Part shown: positions 1-10,858 of the stretch, one piece after another
How the letters are laid out: every line of letters starts with the position of its first letter
Position numbering within the stretch: position 1 is the first letter of the stretch
DNA from: Desulfobacteraceae bacterium
Lineage (GTDB): Bacteria > Desulfobacterota > Desulfobacteria > Desulfobacterales > UBA2174
Length of the DNA stretch: 58,776 nucleotides
Assembly: GCA_028700185.1 (NCBI GenBank)
Contig: JAQVTF010000002.1
Span: 1 to 58,776, forward strand
Direction: 5' to 3'
Position numbers and translations under genes: made by a program
The notes under the pieces: model-generated
Seen by the model: the letters and a program-made list of their open reading frames with translations, nothing else
What the model was told of the DNA's origin: nothing
Database searches by the model: none

Positions 1-111
1 CTGCCCATCTGCCAGGGTCCCGGCCCCCAACGGATGGCCGAGGCGATGGCGGTACGGAATATGGAAATCACCCGTGTCGGAGATGATTTCCTCGTCACTG
101 GCGACCTGTAA
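1..111 (+). CDS. ribD: 3' end of riboflavin biosynthesis deaminase/reductase RibD (partial, runs off the window start)
   Basis: Frame 1 is open from base 1 to TAA at 109-111. It ends ...EITRVGDDFLVTGDL, a RibD-like C-terminus. It is followed directly by ribE-ribBA-ribH. Confidence 0.55.
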   Translation: MPICQGPGPQRMAEAMAVRNMEITRVGDDFLVTGDL

Positions 112-153
112 GGGCATCACGGTATTTTGGCATCACCGGAATCGGGCACCATC

Positions 154-783
154 ATGTTTACCGGCATTATCGAGGGACAGGGCACCATCGACGCGGTGCA
201 GGGGCGCCAGCTCACCATCCACGCGGAATTCGATTTGGACGGCACCCGCATCGGCGACAGCATTGCCGTCAACGGGGCCTGCCTCACCGTGGTGCGCCTG
301 GAAGGACGACGATTCACCGTGGACATGTCGCCGGAAACCGCCGGCCGCACCACCCTGGGAGGCGCGGCCGTCGCCGAACGGGTCAACCTGGAACGGGCGC
401 TGCGCCTTTCGGATCGGCTCGACGGACACCTGGTGTTGGGGCACGTGGATGGGGTCGGCACCCTTTCCCGTCGGCGACGAGAGGCCAACGCCCTGCTGGT
501 GGATATCGCCGTGCCCGAAGTTCTTGCCCGTCACCTCATCGAAAAGGGGTCGGTGGCCGTGGACGGCGTCAGCCTGACCATCAACCGCTGCGATGGCGCC
601 GGTTTTTCCGTAAGCATCATTCCCCACACGGCCCAACTGACCACCGTGGGATCCAAGCCGACGGGATCTCCGGTGAACATCGAGACCGACATCATCGGCA
701 AGTATGTGGAGAAATTCTTGAACCGAACCAAGCCCGCGGGCGGCGTCGACATGGCCCTGCTCGCCCGGGCGGGATACCTGTGA
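154..783 (+). CDS. ribE: riboflavin synthase (alpha chain)
   Basis: MFTGIIEGQGTI... N-terminus and an internal duplicated lumazine-binding repeat (GDSIAVNGACLTV / GSVAVDGVSLTI). The ORF opens at 127; I prefer the ATG at 154. Confidence 0.9.
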   Translation: MFTGIIEGQGTIDAVQGRQLTIHAEFDLDGTRIGDSIAVNGACLTVVRLEGRRFTVDMSPETAGRTTLGGAAVAERVNLERALRLSDRLDGHLVLGHVDGVGTLSRRRREANALLVDIAVPEVLARHLIEKGSVAVDGVSLTINRCDGAGFSVSIIPHTAQLTTVGSKPTGSPVNIETDIIGKYVEKFLNRTKPAGGVDMALLARAGYL

Positions 784-860
784 GGCCACGCGACGACGCG
801 CCGCCGACTTTTTTCTTCAGCGAACCCACACCAACCGATCCAGGAGTATAGATTCAACCC

Positions 861-2078
861 ATGGCACACATCACGATTGAAGAGGCCATCGAGGAGATCC
901 GCGCCGGGCGCATGGTGATCCTGGTGGACGACGAAGACCGGGAAAACGAAGGCGACCTGTGCATGGCCGCCGAAAAAGTCACCCCAGAGGCCATCAACTT
1001 CATGGCCCGGTACGGCCGCGGGCTCATCTGCCTGTCGCTCACCGGCGAGGTCTGCGACCGGCTCGACCTGCCGCTGATGGTGGAACACAACACCTCCGCG
1101 TTTCACACCGGATTCACCGTGTCCATCGAGGCGGCCCGGGGCGTGACCACCGGTATCAGCGCCGCCGACCGGGCCGTCACCGTCCAAACGGCGGTGGCCG
1201 ACAACGCCGGTCCCGAGGACCTGGCGCGGCCCGGCCACATCTTTCCGCTGCGTGCCCGCGACGGTGGTGTCATGGTGCGCGTGGGGCAGACCGAAGGCTC
1301 AGTGGACCTGGCCCGCCTGGCCGGCCTGAAACCCAGCGGCGTGATTTGCGAAATCATGGACGAGGACGGCACCATGGCCCGCATGCCGGCCCTGGAAAAG
1401 TTCAGCGCCGAGCACGGGATCGGCATCTGCACCATCGCCGACCTGGTCGCCTACCGCCTGCGCACCGAATCCTTCGTGCGCCGGGCCGCCGAGACCGAGA
1501 TCCCCACCGTCTACGGTGGCGATTTCAAGATCATCGCGTTTGAAAGCGATCTGGACGGCCTCACCCACATCGCCCTGGTCAAGGGAGACATCTCTCCGGA
1601 CGAGCCGGTACTGGTGCGGGTCCACTCCGAGTGCATGACCGGCGACATCTTCGGATCGCGACGCTGCGACTGCGGCGACCAACTGCACAAGGCCATGGAA
1701 CAGATCGAGGCCGAAGGCCGGGGGGTGATCCTCTACCTGAGACAGGAAGGCCGGGGCATCGGCCTGGTAAACAAACTCAAGGCCTACGAACTCCAGCGCC
1801 AGGGGTTCGACACGGTGGAGGCCAACATCAAGCTCGGCTTCAAGGACGACCTGCGCGACTACGGCATCGGCGCTCAGATGCTCCACAGCCTTGGCGTGCG
1901 CAAGATGCGCCTGCTCACCAACAACCCCAAGAAGATCGTGGGGCTGGAAGGCTACGGGCTCAGCATCATCGAACAGGTTCCCATCGAAGTGCCGCCCAAC
2001 GACCATAATCGCTGCTACCTGGAGTGCAAAAAGCTCAAGATGGGGCACCTCTTGCATCTTTCGCCGAAAAAAAATTAA
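861..2078 (+). CDS. ribBA: bifunctional 3,4-dihydroxy-2-butanone-4-phosphate synthase / GTP cyclohydrolase II
   Basis: The DHBP synthase half has [12 protein letters not shown]. The GCH II half has [18 protein letters not shown]...EGRGIGL. 405 aa. Confidence 0.95.
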   Translation: MAHITIEEAIEEIRAGRMVILVDDEDRENEGDLCMAAEKVTPEAINFMARYGRGLICLSLTGEVCDRLDLPLMVEHNTSAFHTGFTVSIEAARGVTTGISAADRAVTVQTAVADNAGPEDLARPGHIFPLRARDGGVMVRVGQTEGSVDLARLAGLKPSGVICEIMDEDGTMARMPALEKFSAEHGIGICTIADLVAYRLRTESFVRRAAETEIPTVYGGDFKIIAFESDLDGLTHIALVKGDISPDEPVLVRVHSECMTGDIFGSRRCDCGDQLHKAMEQIEAEGRGVILYLRQEGRGIGLVNKLKAYELQRQGFDTVEANIKLGFKDDLRDYGIGAQMLHSLGVRKMRLLTNNPKKIVGLEGYGLSIIEQVPIEVPPNDHNRCYLECKKLKMGHLLHLSPKKN

Positions 2079-2132
2079 CCCTCTCAAAGGGTTTGAATCC
2101 AATCCTCGTCACTTTGCAACCAGGAGGCGCAA

Positions 2133-2606
2133 ATGCCGCATGTCATTGAAGGAACGCTCCGCGCAGAAGGCAAACGCTTTGGTCTGGTGGTGAGCCGGTT
2201 CAACGATTTCATCACCGATAAGTTGACCGGTGGGGCCATCGACGCCCTGACCCGATGCGGGGCTGACCCCGAGGCCATCGATATCGTCAAGGTTCCGGGC
2301 GCTTTTGAAATCCCCTTGGTCGCCCAGAAAATGGCGGCGGCGGGGCGCTATGACGCCGTCATCTGCCTGGGCGCCGTGATCCGAGGCGCCACCCCGCACT
2401 TCGACTACGTCAGTGCCGAGGTGTCCAAAGGCATCGCCCAGGTGAGTCTGGCATCCGGGGTCCCGGTGATCTTCGGCGTCGTGACCACTGACACCATCGA
2501 GCAAGCCATCGAGCGGGCCGGTACCAAGGCCGGCAACAAAGGCTGGAGCGCGGCCATCAGCGCCGTGGAAATGGCCAACCTCATGGGCCAAGTGGAGCGT
2601 GGCTGA
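2133..2606 (+). CDS. ribH: 6,7-dimethyl-8-ribityllumazine synthase
   Basis: 157 aa with [13 protein letters not shown]...VPGAFEIP...[14 protein letters not shown]. Confidence 0.95.
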   Translation: MPHVIEGTLRAEGKRFGLVVSRFNDFITDKLTGGAIDALTRCGADPEAIDIVKVPGAFEIPLVAQKMAAAGRYDAVICLGAVIRGATPHFDYVSAEVSKGIAQVSLASGVPVIFGVVTTDTIEQAIERAGTKAGNKGWSAAISAVEMANLMGQVERG

Positions 2607-2611
2607 AGACT

Positions 2612-3202
2612 ATGGGAAACCGACGCCGGGCCCGCGAGCTGGCCATGCAGGCCCTTTTTTTCATCGATATGCGACCGGACGCCGACGACCAGGACCCGCT
2701 GGCCCTGTTTTGCCGGTCCTGCCCGCCACCTAAATCCAGCAAAGCGCTGTTCACCGAGCTGGTGCAGGGTGTACGCCGGCACTCGCCCCAAATCGACCGG
2801 ATCATCGAACGATTTTCCAGCAATTGGAAAATTTCCCGCATGGCGGGCGTTGACCGCAACGTGATGCGTCTGGCGGTCTACGAGATGCTGTGCTGCCCGG
2901 ACATTCCGCCCAAGGTGTCCATCAACGAAGCCATCGACATCGGTAAAAAATACGGCACCGAAGAATCCGGAGCGTTCATCAACGGCATTCTGGACGCCAT
3001 CCACCTCGCCATGGACCAGGAAGGGCTTGCCCTGAGCACCGACTCCATCGAGGCACCGCCGCCATCCGCGCCACAACAGGCCCCAACGGTAGCGGTCAGC
3101 GCACCGGAACCGCCGGCGGAAACGGTCCGGCGCGTCAAGCTCGGCCGCGGGCTGGTGCGCCGACGCACCGTTTCAGGACCAGTGGAAGGAACCCAATCAT
3201 GA
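2612..3202 (+). CDS. nusB: transcription antitermination factor NusB with a Pro/Ala-rich C-terminal extension
   Basis: RRRARELAMQALF...INEAIDIGKKYG..ESGAFINGILD, in the conserved rib-nusB position. The stop overlaps the next start (ATGA). Confidence 0.9.
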   Translation: MGNRRRARELAMQALFFIDMRPDADDQDPLALFCRSCPPPKSSKALFTELVQGVRRHSPQIDRIIERFSSNWKISRMAGVDRNVMRLAVYEMLCCPDIPPKVSINEAIDIGKKYGTEESGAFINGILDAIHLAMDQEGLALSTDSIEAPPPSAPQQAPTVAVSAPEPPAETVRRVKLGRGLVRRRTVSGPVEGTQS

Positions 3203-3825
3203 TCATCGACACCCTGGCCGTGGGCCCCATCATGGCCAACTGCTACATCCTGGGCTGCGAGGAAACCGGCTCCGCCGCCGTCATCGACCCCGGCGACGAA
3301 CCGGCGCGCATTCTGGAAACCGTGGCCCGGCACGGGCTCAAAGTGGTCGCCATTTTGAACACTCACGGGCACTTCGACCATGTGGGGGCCAACGCGGCGC
3401 TCAAGGCGGCCACCGGCGCCGACATCATGATCCACGCCCTGGACGCCCCGATGCTTGCCGATCTGGCCGCCGCCGGACGCATGTTCGGTCTGCGGGTGGA
3501 AAACTCTCCCCCGCCGGACCGGACCCTCGGTGACGGTGACCGCATCCAGGTGGGCAACCTGGCCCTGACGGTCATCCACACCCCGGGCCACACCCCCGGT
3601 GGCGTGGCCTTCCTTGCCGACGGCGCCGTTTTTGTGGGCGACACCCTTTTTGCCGGCTCCATCGGACGTACCGATCTACCCGGAGGAAACTTCGATACGC
3701 TGATCCAGAGCATTCATGGCCGGCTTTTCACCCTGGATGATGCGCTGGAGGTCTACCCCGGCCACATGGGCACCACCACCATCGGACGTGAGAAAAGGCA
3801 TAACCCCTTCGTGGGACGCGGCTGA
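3199..3825 (+). CDS. MBL-fold metallo-hydrolase (glyoxalase II-like)
   Basis: THGHFDHVG metal motif, HTPGHTPG, and GDTLFAGSIGRTDLPGG. Confidence 0.85.
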   Translation: MIIDTLAVGPIMANCYILGCEETGSAAVIDPGDEPARILETVARHGLKVVAILNTHGHFDHVGANAALKAATGADIMIHALDAPMLADLAAAGRMFGLRVENSPPPDRTLGDGDRIQVGNLALTVIHTPGHTPGGVAFLADGAVFVGDTLFAGSIGRTDLPGGNFDTLIQSIHGRLFTLDDALEVYPGHMGTTTIGREKRHNPFVGRG

Positions 3826-4015
3826 CCCGCGCTCCGTTTGAAAAGAGCCCTGTACCCGGCGGCGGCGGTGTTTGGCCCCTTGAACACCGACGACGTCTTT
3901 GGTAGGTTGAAAACCCGATTTTTGAAACCCCGTCTCATCGTTTCGACACCACGATGCCGACCAACCAAGCGACCCTTTCAGATGCGCCGAGACCAGACGC
4001 ACACGACCCGCCGGC

Positions 4016-5107
4016 ATGAGCGCATTCATCGAACGCAAAAACACCCGTCAAATCAACGTCGGCACCGTCCCGGTGGGCGGTGGGGCACCGATCAGCGTGC
4101 AGTCCATGACCACCACCGATACCCGTGATTCCGCCGCCACCATCGCCCAGATCCGGCGTCTGGCCGCCGCCGGGTGCGAAATCGTGCGGGTGGCGGTTCC
4201 CGACGCCGACGCGGCTCGGGCCATCGGCCCCATTCGTCAAGCCATCGACATTCCGTTGATCGCCGACATCCACTTCGACCACCGGCTGGCCATCGCCGCC
4301 GCCGAAGCCGGTGCCGACGGGCTGCGCATCAACCCGGGCAACATCGGCAGTCGCGCCAAGGTCCAGGCGGTGGTGGACGCGGCCCGGGACCACGGGCTGG
4401 CCATCCGCATCGGGGTCAACGCCGGCAGCCTGGAAAAAGACCTGCTGACCCGCCACGGACATGCCAGCGCCGAAGCGATGGTGGAAAGCGCCCTGCGTCA
4501 CGTTGAGGCCGTCACCGCCATGGGCTTCGAGCAGATCAAGATTTCCATCAAGGCCTCGGACGTGGCCCGAACCGTGACCGCCTATCGGGAACTGTCCCGT
4601 CGCTGCGATTTTCCGTTGCACGTGGGGGTCACCGAAGCCGGCGGGCTTTATCCCGGCATCGTCAAGAGCGCCCTGGGCATCGGGATGTTGCTGGCCGAGG
4701 GGATCGGCGACACCCTGCGGGTATCGTTGACCCGCGACCCGGTGGAGGAAGTCCGCGTCGGCTACGAGATCCTCCGGGCGCTGGACCTGCGCCACCGGGG
4801 GGCCGAGATCATCTCATGCCCCACCTGCGGCCGCTGCCGCATCGACCTGTTTGCCATCGCTGCCCGGGTCGAGGAGGCCCTGATGACCCGCACCGCTCCC
4901 ATCAAGGTGGCGGTGATGGGATGCACGGTGAACGGTCCGGGGGAAGCCCGGGAGGCGGACGTGGGCGTGGCTGGCGGCGACGGAATCGGTATCTTGTTCA
5001 AGAAGGGCAAGGTGGTCAAAAAATTTCCCCAGCAGCGCCTGGTGGAAGAACTGCTGGCCGCCGTGGCCGAATACGACCGGGACAACGCCGAAAATTCTCC
5101 CCGGTGA
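4016..5107 (+). CDS. ispG: 4-hydroxy-3-methylbut-2-en-1-yl diphosphate synthase (flavodoxin)
   Basis: RKNTRQINVG.VPVGGGAPISVQSMT, RINPGNIG, and C-terminal CPTCGRC...MGCTVNGPGE. Confidence 0.95.
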   Translation: MSAFIERKNTRQINVGTVPVGGGAPISVQSMTTTDTRDSAATIAQIRRLAAAGCEIVRVAVPDADAARAIGPIRQAIDIPLIADIHFDHRLAIAAAEAGADGLRINPGNIGSRAKVQAVVDAARDHGLAIRIGVNAGSLEKDLLTRHGHASAEAMVESALRHVEAVTAMGFEQIKISIKASDVARTVTAYRELSRRCDFPLHVGVTEAGGLYPGIVKSALGIGMLLAEGIGDTLRVSLTRDPVEEVRVGYEILRALDLRHRGAEIISCPTCGRCRIDLFAIAARVEEALMTRTAPIKVAVMGCTVNGPGEAREADVGVAGGDGIGILFKKGKVVKKFPQQRLVEELLAAVAEYDRDNAENSPR

Positions 5108-5226
5108 ACCGCACCGGGGTTGCGCCACGCTCAGGGTTTTTCTTCTTTCCCGCTTTTGTGGTAAAGTCGGTTCGCTGATTTTTTGTTTTTTTCATTTATC
5201 CGTATTGCCAAGGAGAACGAGTTCAG

Positions 5227-6759
5227 ATGACGCCCACCTCCCCCCAGTCCGCCATTCGGCCCACCCGTGTCGAGGATTATCCAGAATGGTACCAGCAGGT
5301 TATCAAGGCCAGCGATATGGCCGAAAACTCGCCCGTGCGCGGCTGCATGGTCATCAAGCCCTGGGGGTTCGCCCTGTGGGAAAACATCACCCGCATCGTG
5401 GATGCGCGCCTGAAGGCCATCGGGGTGCGCAATGCGTACTTTCCCATCTTCATCCCATTGAATTTCCTGGAAAAGGAAGCTCAACACGTCGAGGGCTTCG
5501 CCAAGGAATGCGCCGTGGTGACCCACCACCGCCTGGAAAAGGGCGCCGACGGCGGCTTGGTGCCGGCCGGTCCCCTCACCGAGCCGCTCATCGTCCGTCC
5601 CACCTCCGAGACGATCATCGGCGACTCGTTTTCCAAATGGGTCAAGAGCTACCGTGACCTGCCGATCCTCATCAACCAGTGGGGCAACGTGGTGCGCTGG
5701 GAAATGCGCACCCGAATCTTCCTGCGCACCAGCGAGTTCCTGTGGCACGAGGGGCACACGGTCCATGCCACGGCCGAAGAGGCCATGAAGCTGACGGAAA
5801 CGATCCTGGACATCTACGTCGACCTGGCGGAAAACTTTCTCGCCATACCGGTCATCACCGGGAAAAAATCGCCGTCGGAGCGCTTTCCCGGTGCCGACGA
5901 CACCTTGACCATCGAAGCGATGATGCAGGACTGCAAGGCGCTTCAGGCCGGCACATCCCATTTCCTCGGCCAGAATTTCGCCCGGGCCCAGCAGATCAAG
6001 TACCAGGACGCCAACGAACAGGAGCAGTTCGCCTGGACCACCTCCTGGGCCGTTTCCACCCGACTGCTGGGCGGCCTGATCATGACCCACGGGGACGACG
6101 ACGGGGCCATCCTGCCGCCGCGGATCGCCTCGTCGCACCTGGTCCTGCTGCCCATCGTCCGCAAAGCCGCGGACCAGGGCCCGGTGATGGCGTACGTGGA
6201 CGCCTTGGCCCAGGCCCTGCGGTCGGTGGCCTACCACGGCCAGCCATTGCAGGTGGAGGTCGACGCCCGGGATACCGGCGGTACCCGGAACTGGGACTGG
6301 ATCAAGAAGGGCATTCCTCTACGCGTGGAAATCGGCCCTCGGGATCTGGCCAACGACGCGGTGTTTTTCGCCCGGCGGGACCGGGACCATCGGGACAAGA
6401 CCGCCATGGGACGCGCCGAGTTCATCGCCACGGTGGGCGACATCCTGGACGACATCCAGAATCGCCTCCACCACCGGGCACTGGCCTTTCAAAAGGCCCA
6501 CACCCGGGAGATCGATGGCAAGGAAGACTTTTACGCTTACTTCACCCCCCAGGATATGGAACGCCCCGAAATTCACGGTGGCTTCGCGCTGGCGCACTGG
6601 TGCGGCGATCCTGGCTGCGAGGAGAAAATCAAGGCGGATCTGGGAGTGACGATCCGCTGCCTGCCCTTTGACGAAAGCCGTTTCCCCTTGGCGCCGGGAC
6701 ACTGCATCGTCTGTGGCCGGCAGAGCCCCCGGAGGGTGATTTTTGCCAAGTCGTATTAG
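5227..6759 (+). CDS. proS: proline--tRNA ligase (archaeal/eukaryotic-like type)
   Basis: EWYQQVIKASDMAENSPVRGCMVIKPWG, RPTSET, LRTSEFLWHEGHT, and a C-terminal Zn-type ...CIVCG....VIFAKSY. Confidence 0.9.
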   Translation: MTPTSPQSAIRPTRVEDYPEWYQQVIKASDMAENSPVRGCMVIKPWGFALWENITRIVDARLKAIGVRNAYFPIFIPLNFLEKEAQHVEGFAKECAVVTHHRLEKGADGGLVPAGPLTEPLIVRPTSETIIGDSFSKWVKSYRDLPILINQWGNVVRWEMRTRIFLRTSEFLWHEGHTVHATAEEAMKLTETILDIYVDLAENFLAIPVITGKKSPSERFPGADDTLTIEAMMQDCKALQAGTSHFLGQNFARAQQIKYQDANEQEQFAWTTSWAVSTRLLGGLIMTHGDDDGAILPPRIASSHLVLLPIVRKAADQGPVMAYVDALAQALRSVAYHGQPLQVEVDARDTGGTRNWDWIKKGIPLRVEIGPRDLANDAVFFARRDRDHRDKTAMGRAEFIATVGDILDDIQNRLHHRALAFQKAHTREIDGKEDFYAYFTPQDMERPEIHGGFALAHWCGDPGCEEKIKADLGVTIRCLPFDESRFPLAPGHCIVCGRQSPRRVIFAKSY

Positions 6760-6849
6760 CAGTCCCGGAGTTTCGGGCCTACGCGCCACCCCCCCCGACC
6801 TGCCAGGGCGCTCAGACGCGTCCAGCGGGTCCAACGGGCAACCGGGGGA

Positions 6850-9045
6850 ATGCCCAACAACCCACAGCGCCGCATCAACCGTGAACGAACGCGGGACCCC
6901 ATGATCCGGATCAGCGATATCCTCGAACGGGTGGCCGAGGCCAACCCCGGAGCGGATCTGGATACCATCGACAAGGCTTACGTCTATTCAGCCAGAGTCC
7001 ATGCCGGACAGTTGCGCCTCTCCGGCGAGCCCTACCTCTCCCACCCGCTGGAAGTCGCTTATATCCTGGCCCAGATGAACCTCGATCCGGTGAGCGTGGC
7101 CGCCGGTCTGCTCCACGACGTGGTGGAGGACACCCACGCCACGGCCGAGGAAATCGAAGCCGTCTTCGGCCCCGAGGTACGCCACATTGTCGATGGCGTC
7201 ACCAAGATGAGCAAGGTGACGGTGAGCGATTCGCGCGCCCGTCAGGCCGAAAGCATCCGCAAGATGCTCCTGGCCATGGCCGACGATCTGCGCGTGATCC
7301 TCATCAAGCTGGCCGATCGACTCCACAACATGCGCACGCTCCAGTACCACAAGCCGTCCAAGCGCCGGGAGATCGCCACCGAGACCCTGGATATCTACGC
7401 GCCCATCGCGGCCCGCCTCGGCATCTACTGGATGAAGCACGAACTGGAGGACACCGCTTTCCAGTACACCGAACCCGAAGCTTACGAGAACATCCGCCAA
7501 CTGGTGGCCCGGAGTCGCATCGAGCGCGAGGAGTACGTCCAGAAAGTGATGGACATCATCCGGGAGCGGGTGACCACCGCCGGGCTCCAGAGCCGGGTCT
7601 TGGGTCGTTACAAGAAATACTACAGCATCTACAGCAAGATGCGCGCCCAGAACCTCGCTTTCGAAGACGTCTACGACATCGTCGGCTTTCGCATCATCCT
7701 GGATAGCATCCCCCACTGCTACGAGGCCCTCGGCGTCATCCATGCGCTCTGGAAGCCCATCGACGTCAAATTCAAGGACTACATCGCCCGGCCCAAAAGC
7801 AATATGTACCAGTCTCTGCACACCACCGTGATCGGCCCCGGCGGAATGCGCATCGAGATCCAGATCCGCACCGAGGAAATGGACGAGGTGGCCAAGAGCG
7901 GCATTGCGGCTCACTGGAGCTACAAGGAGGGAAAGGGCGGCAACCCCAAGGTCAGTCAACAATTCGCCTGGATCCAGAACCTCATCGAAAACCAGGAAAA
8001 CATCCGGGATCCCCGCGAGTTCATGGAAAACGTGCGCATCGACCTCTTCCCGGACGAGGTTTACGTCTTCACGCCCAACGGGGACATCCGCAGCCTGACC
8101 CGGGGCGCCACGCCGGTGGACTTCGCCTACCTGATCCACACCGAAATCGGGCATCACCTCACCGGCGCCAAGATCAACGGGCGCCTGGTGCCGCTTCAAA
8201 CCGAGTTGGAAACCGGTGACGTGGTGGAGATCACCACTTCGCCCAAGGGGCATCCGAGCAAGGACTGGCTGGGATTCGTCAAAACGGTCAAGGCTCGGGC
8301 CAAGATCCGTCAGTGGATCAAGACCCAGGAAAAGGAGCGCAGCCTATCACTGGGCCGGGAGATGTGCGAGAAGGCGTTCCGCAAGTACCGGTTGAACTTC
8401 AACACGTTGCTCAAAAGCGCGGAAATGGAGAAGGTGGTCGGCGAGTTCGGTTTCAAGACCACCGAGGATCTCATCGCCAGTATCGGTTACGGAAAAATCA
8501 CGCCGCTTCAGGTGGTCCGTCGGTTTCTCACCAAACCGGAAGACGTCGCCGCCTCCGACGCCTCGCTGATCAAGAAACTCATCGGTTCGGTGCGCAAGCG
8601 CAAAACCAAAACCGGCGTGACCGTGAAGGGGGTGGACGACATTCTGGTTCGTTTCGGCAAGTGCTGCCAACCGGTGCCAGGAGATCCCATCGTCGGCTAT
8701 ATCACCCGAGGATCGGGCGTGACCGTCCACCGCAGTGACTGCGTCAACGCCCTGAAACTCAGCTCGGATCGGTATATCGAGGTGGAATGGGACGAAGAAG
8801 TCGCCGAAACCTACCCGGTCAAGATTCGGGTGAACGCGGTGGATCGGGTGGGGCTGCTGGTGGACGTGGTCTCAAACATCAGCAAAAATGGGGCCAACAT
8901 CATCTCCGCCTGGACCGAAACCAAGGACGATCACACCGTCGACGGACTGTTCACCATCGGGGTGGCCGACACCCGGCACCTCAATCGTATCCTCAACGAC
9001 ATCCGCAAGGTCAAACGGGTCCAGGGCGTCCGACGGGTCAAATGA
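6850..9045 (+). CDS. rel: bifunctional (p)ppGpp synthetase/hydrolase (RelA/SpoT family)
   Basis: HD domain (HPLEVA..LHDVVEDT), synthetase domain (YKKYYSIYSKM...GYQSLHTTV-like NMYQSLHTTV), TGS and ACT regions. An alternative start is the ATG at 6901 (MIRISDIL). Confidence 0.9.
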   Translation: MPNNPQRRINRERTRDPMIRISDILERVAEANPGADLDTIDKAYVYSARVHAGQLRLSGEPYLSHPLEVAYILAQMNLDPVSVAAGLLHDVVEDTHATAEEIEAVFGPEVRHIVDGVTKMSKVTVSDSRARQAESIRKMLLAMADDLRVILIKLADRLHNMRTLQYHKPSKRREIATETLDIYAPIAARLGIYWMKHELEDTAFQYTEPEAYENIRQLVARSRIEREEYVQKVMDIIRERVTTAGLQSRVLGRYKKYYSIYSKMRAQNLAFEDVYDIVGFRIILDSIPHCYEALGVIHALWKPIDVKFKDYIARPKSNMYQSLHTTVIGPGGMRIEIQIRTEEMDEVAKSGIAAHWSYKEGKGGNPKVSQQFAWIQNLIENQENIRDPREFMENVRIDLFPDEVYVFTPNGDIRSLTRGATPVDFAYLIHTEIGHHLTGAKINGRLVPLQTELETGDVVEITTSPKGHPSKDWLGFVKTVKARAKIRQWIKTQEKERSLSLGREMCEKAFRKYRLNFNTLLKSAEMEKVVGEFGFKTTEDLIASIGYGKITPLQVVRRFLTKPEDVAASDASLIKKLIGSVRKRKTKTGVTVKGVDDILVRFGKCCQPVPGDPIVGYITRGSGVTVHRSDCVNALKLSSDRYIEVEWDEEVAETYPVKIRVNAVDRVGLLVDVVSNISKNGANIISAWTETKDDHTVDGLFTIGVADTRHLNRILNDIRKVKRVQGVRRVK

Positions 9046-9056
9046 ACCATCCCCCT

Positions 9057-9248
9057 TCAGGGGGCCTTGACCACCGCTCCGGACCGGATGCAGCGGGTGC
9101 AGACTGTTATTTTCTGAACCCGGCCGTCCTTGAGGACCCGGACGCTCTGCAGGTTGGGATTAAAGCGACGCTTGGTCAGGTTGTGGGCGTGGCTGACATG
9201 GTGTCCGACCTGGGGCCGCTTGCCACAGATTTCGCAGACTTTGGACAT
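9057..9248 (-). CDS. rpmB: 50S ribosomal protein L28
   Basis: [35 protein letters not shown] prefer the ATG at 9248 over the ORF-track start at 9269. Confidence 0.9.
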   Translation of the reverse strand: MSKVCEICGKRPQVGHHVSHAHNLTKRRFNPNLQSVRVLKDGRVQKITVCTRCIRSGAVVKAP

Positions 9249-9352
9249 GGATCGGTTCTCCTTTTTCAAGACGGCGTCCCCAACATGGGGGACCGTCCAA
9301 GGATTGTTTCGGGAAAGCGAGTCCTATAGCGCAAACCTGCGGGTATGTAAAG

Positions 9353-10036
9353 CTATTTGTTGTCTTTGGCGTCCGCCGCCCCTTGGGAAGCTTGCAGTTC
9401 GGCTTCACATCGCCCCAGATACTGCAGGGTCGGATAGTGTATTCCAACATCCGGGTATTCGAACAGCACCCCTTTGAAACGCTCCAGGGCCGCCTTGTAA
9501 CGCTTGTTGTCAAAATAGTAGCGTCCCACGTAGAATTCGTGGCCAGCAAGGCTTTTCAGGCATTCGAGGCGGTGGGCCGCCGCGGCCCGGGTATACGGGT
9601 CCCGGGGAAAGCGTTCGCCGAGCCGGCCGAAAACCTCCAGGGACTTGCGGGCGAAGGTCTGGTCCCGGTCCACCGTGTCGAGCCGATCGAAGTAGCAGCG
9701 GCCGATCTGGTAGATAACGTAGGGAACCGCTTCGTTGCGCGGATGGAGATTTTCAAAGGACTCGTAGGCGAAAATCGCCTCCTCGTACTCCCGCAGCCGA
9801 TAGTGGGCGTCGGCGATCTTCAACTCGGCTAGAATGGCGAATTTGCTGAAGGGGTACCAGTCTTTGAGCTTTTCAAAATGCTCGATGGCGGTCCTGTAAT
9901 TGCCGAATTCATAGGCGTCCATTCCTTCGGCGGCCAATTCGGAGGCCGTGAGGTCCTCGTGGGTTTCGAACCAGGCGCAACCGCTCACGATGATGGACGC
10001 AATCAGCAGGGCGACACCGAATCTTGGCTTGATCAT
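9353..10036 (-). CDS. bamD: outer membrane protein assembly factor BamD (TPR lipoprotein)
   Basis: Lipobox ...IIVSGCAW follows MIKPRFGVALL. TPR-like repeats and the typical BamD ...YVGRYYFDNKRYKAA... The start at 10036 is inferred. Confidence 0.8.
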   Translation of the reverse strand: MIKPRFGVALLIASIIVSGCAWFETHEDLTASELAAEGMDAYEFGNYRTAIEHFEKLKDWYPFSKFAILAELKIADAHYRLREYEEAIFAYESFENLHPRNEAVPYVIYQIGRCYFDRLDTVDRDQTFARKSLEVFGRLGERFPRDPYTRAAAAHRLECLKSLAGHEFYVGRYYFDNKRYKAALERFKGVLFEYPDVGIHYPTLQYLGRCEAELQASQGAADAKDNK

Positions 10037-10293
10037 GGCCTTCAGGCCCCTTTTTTTAACCGGTAACAATTTAAGCCCCATCAGTGAAGAGCCATGTCTC
10101 ACCCCACCGGCCACCGACATCACGACGGAAAGCAGGAGAGTCGACTTGACCGCCCTGGCGTCCGCGGCGGCCAGGCTTCCTTCGGTGGTGATGTTCCAAT
10201 TCTGGTGGGCTTGGCATTGATGGCTTCAACCGGGTTGGCGCATCGCCGGAATCCCGGCCGAACCGGGTTCCGGCGACGGCTGTCGAGGGAGTG

Positions 10294-10620
10294 CTACAGG
10301 ACGGCCTTGAGGCTCTCTTCGAGCTTGCTCTTGGCCACCATGCCAATGATCTGGTCGGCGACCTTGCCGTCTTTGAAAAAAATCAGCGTAGGAATCGCTT
10401 TGATTCCGAATTTGCCGGGGGTCATGGGATTTTCGTCCACGTTGCACTTGGCGAACTTGACCCGGTCTCCGTAGGTCTGGGAAAGATCCTGCATCACCGG
10501 CCCGATGGCCTTGCACGGGCCGCACCACGGCGCCCAAAAATCCACCAGCACCGGTTGCTGCGCCTGAATCACTTCCGCGTCAAAACTGCTGTCACTGATT
10601 TCAACAATGTTCGCTGCCAT
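10294..10620 (-). CDS. trxA: thioredoxin
   Basis: WAPWCGPCK active site. About 108 aa from MAANIVEISDSSF. Confidence 0.95.
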   Translation of the reverse strand: MAANIVEISDSSFDAEVIQAQQPVLVDFWAPWCGPCKAIGPVMQDLSQTYGDRVKFAKCNVDENPMTPGKFGIKAIPTLIFFKDGKVADQIIGMVAKSKLEESLKAVL

Positions 10621-10858
10621 TTTGTCAAAAATCCTTTCTGGTTGTCGGAAACAGCCGCAAGTGGCCGTGCCAAATTCCCTATACAATCTAATAATAATAA
10701 CGACCAAGCTCATTATTGTCAATTCATCGCCGCCTGTCGACTTTCCGGTTTTCTTCTTGCCGCCCTTTCATGTTAAGGTTCGGTGCCAATGGCGTCGCTG
10801 ATCGCCGATCAGCGGTGGGCCATCGGAAGAACTGCCAGCGCACAAGGAGTGTTTTCCC

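Noticed and set aside
5099-5119. A GC hairpin, CCCCGGTG-AACCG-CACCGGGG, spans the ispG stop. A 5-bp hairpin, CCCCC-TTCA-GGGGG, lies at 9051-9064 between rel and rpmB. A hairpin at 10245-10272 lies after trxA.
   Set aside because: The stems are real, but none is followed directly by a U-tract on the relevant strand. I cannot call them intrinsic terminators with confidence.
10657-10672. A sigma-54-like sequence, TGGCACGGCCACTTGC, lies on the minus strand upstream of trxA.
   Set aside because: The GG-to-GC spacing is one nucleotide too long. The -24/-12 spacing is normally invariant, so this is probably fortuitous.
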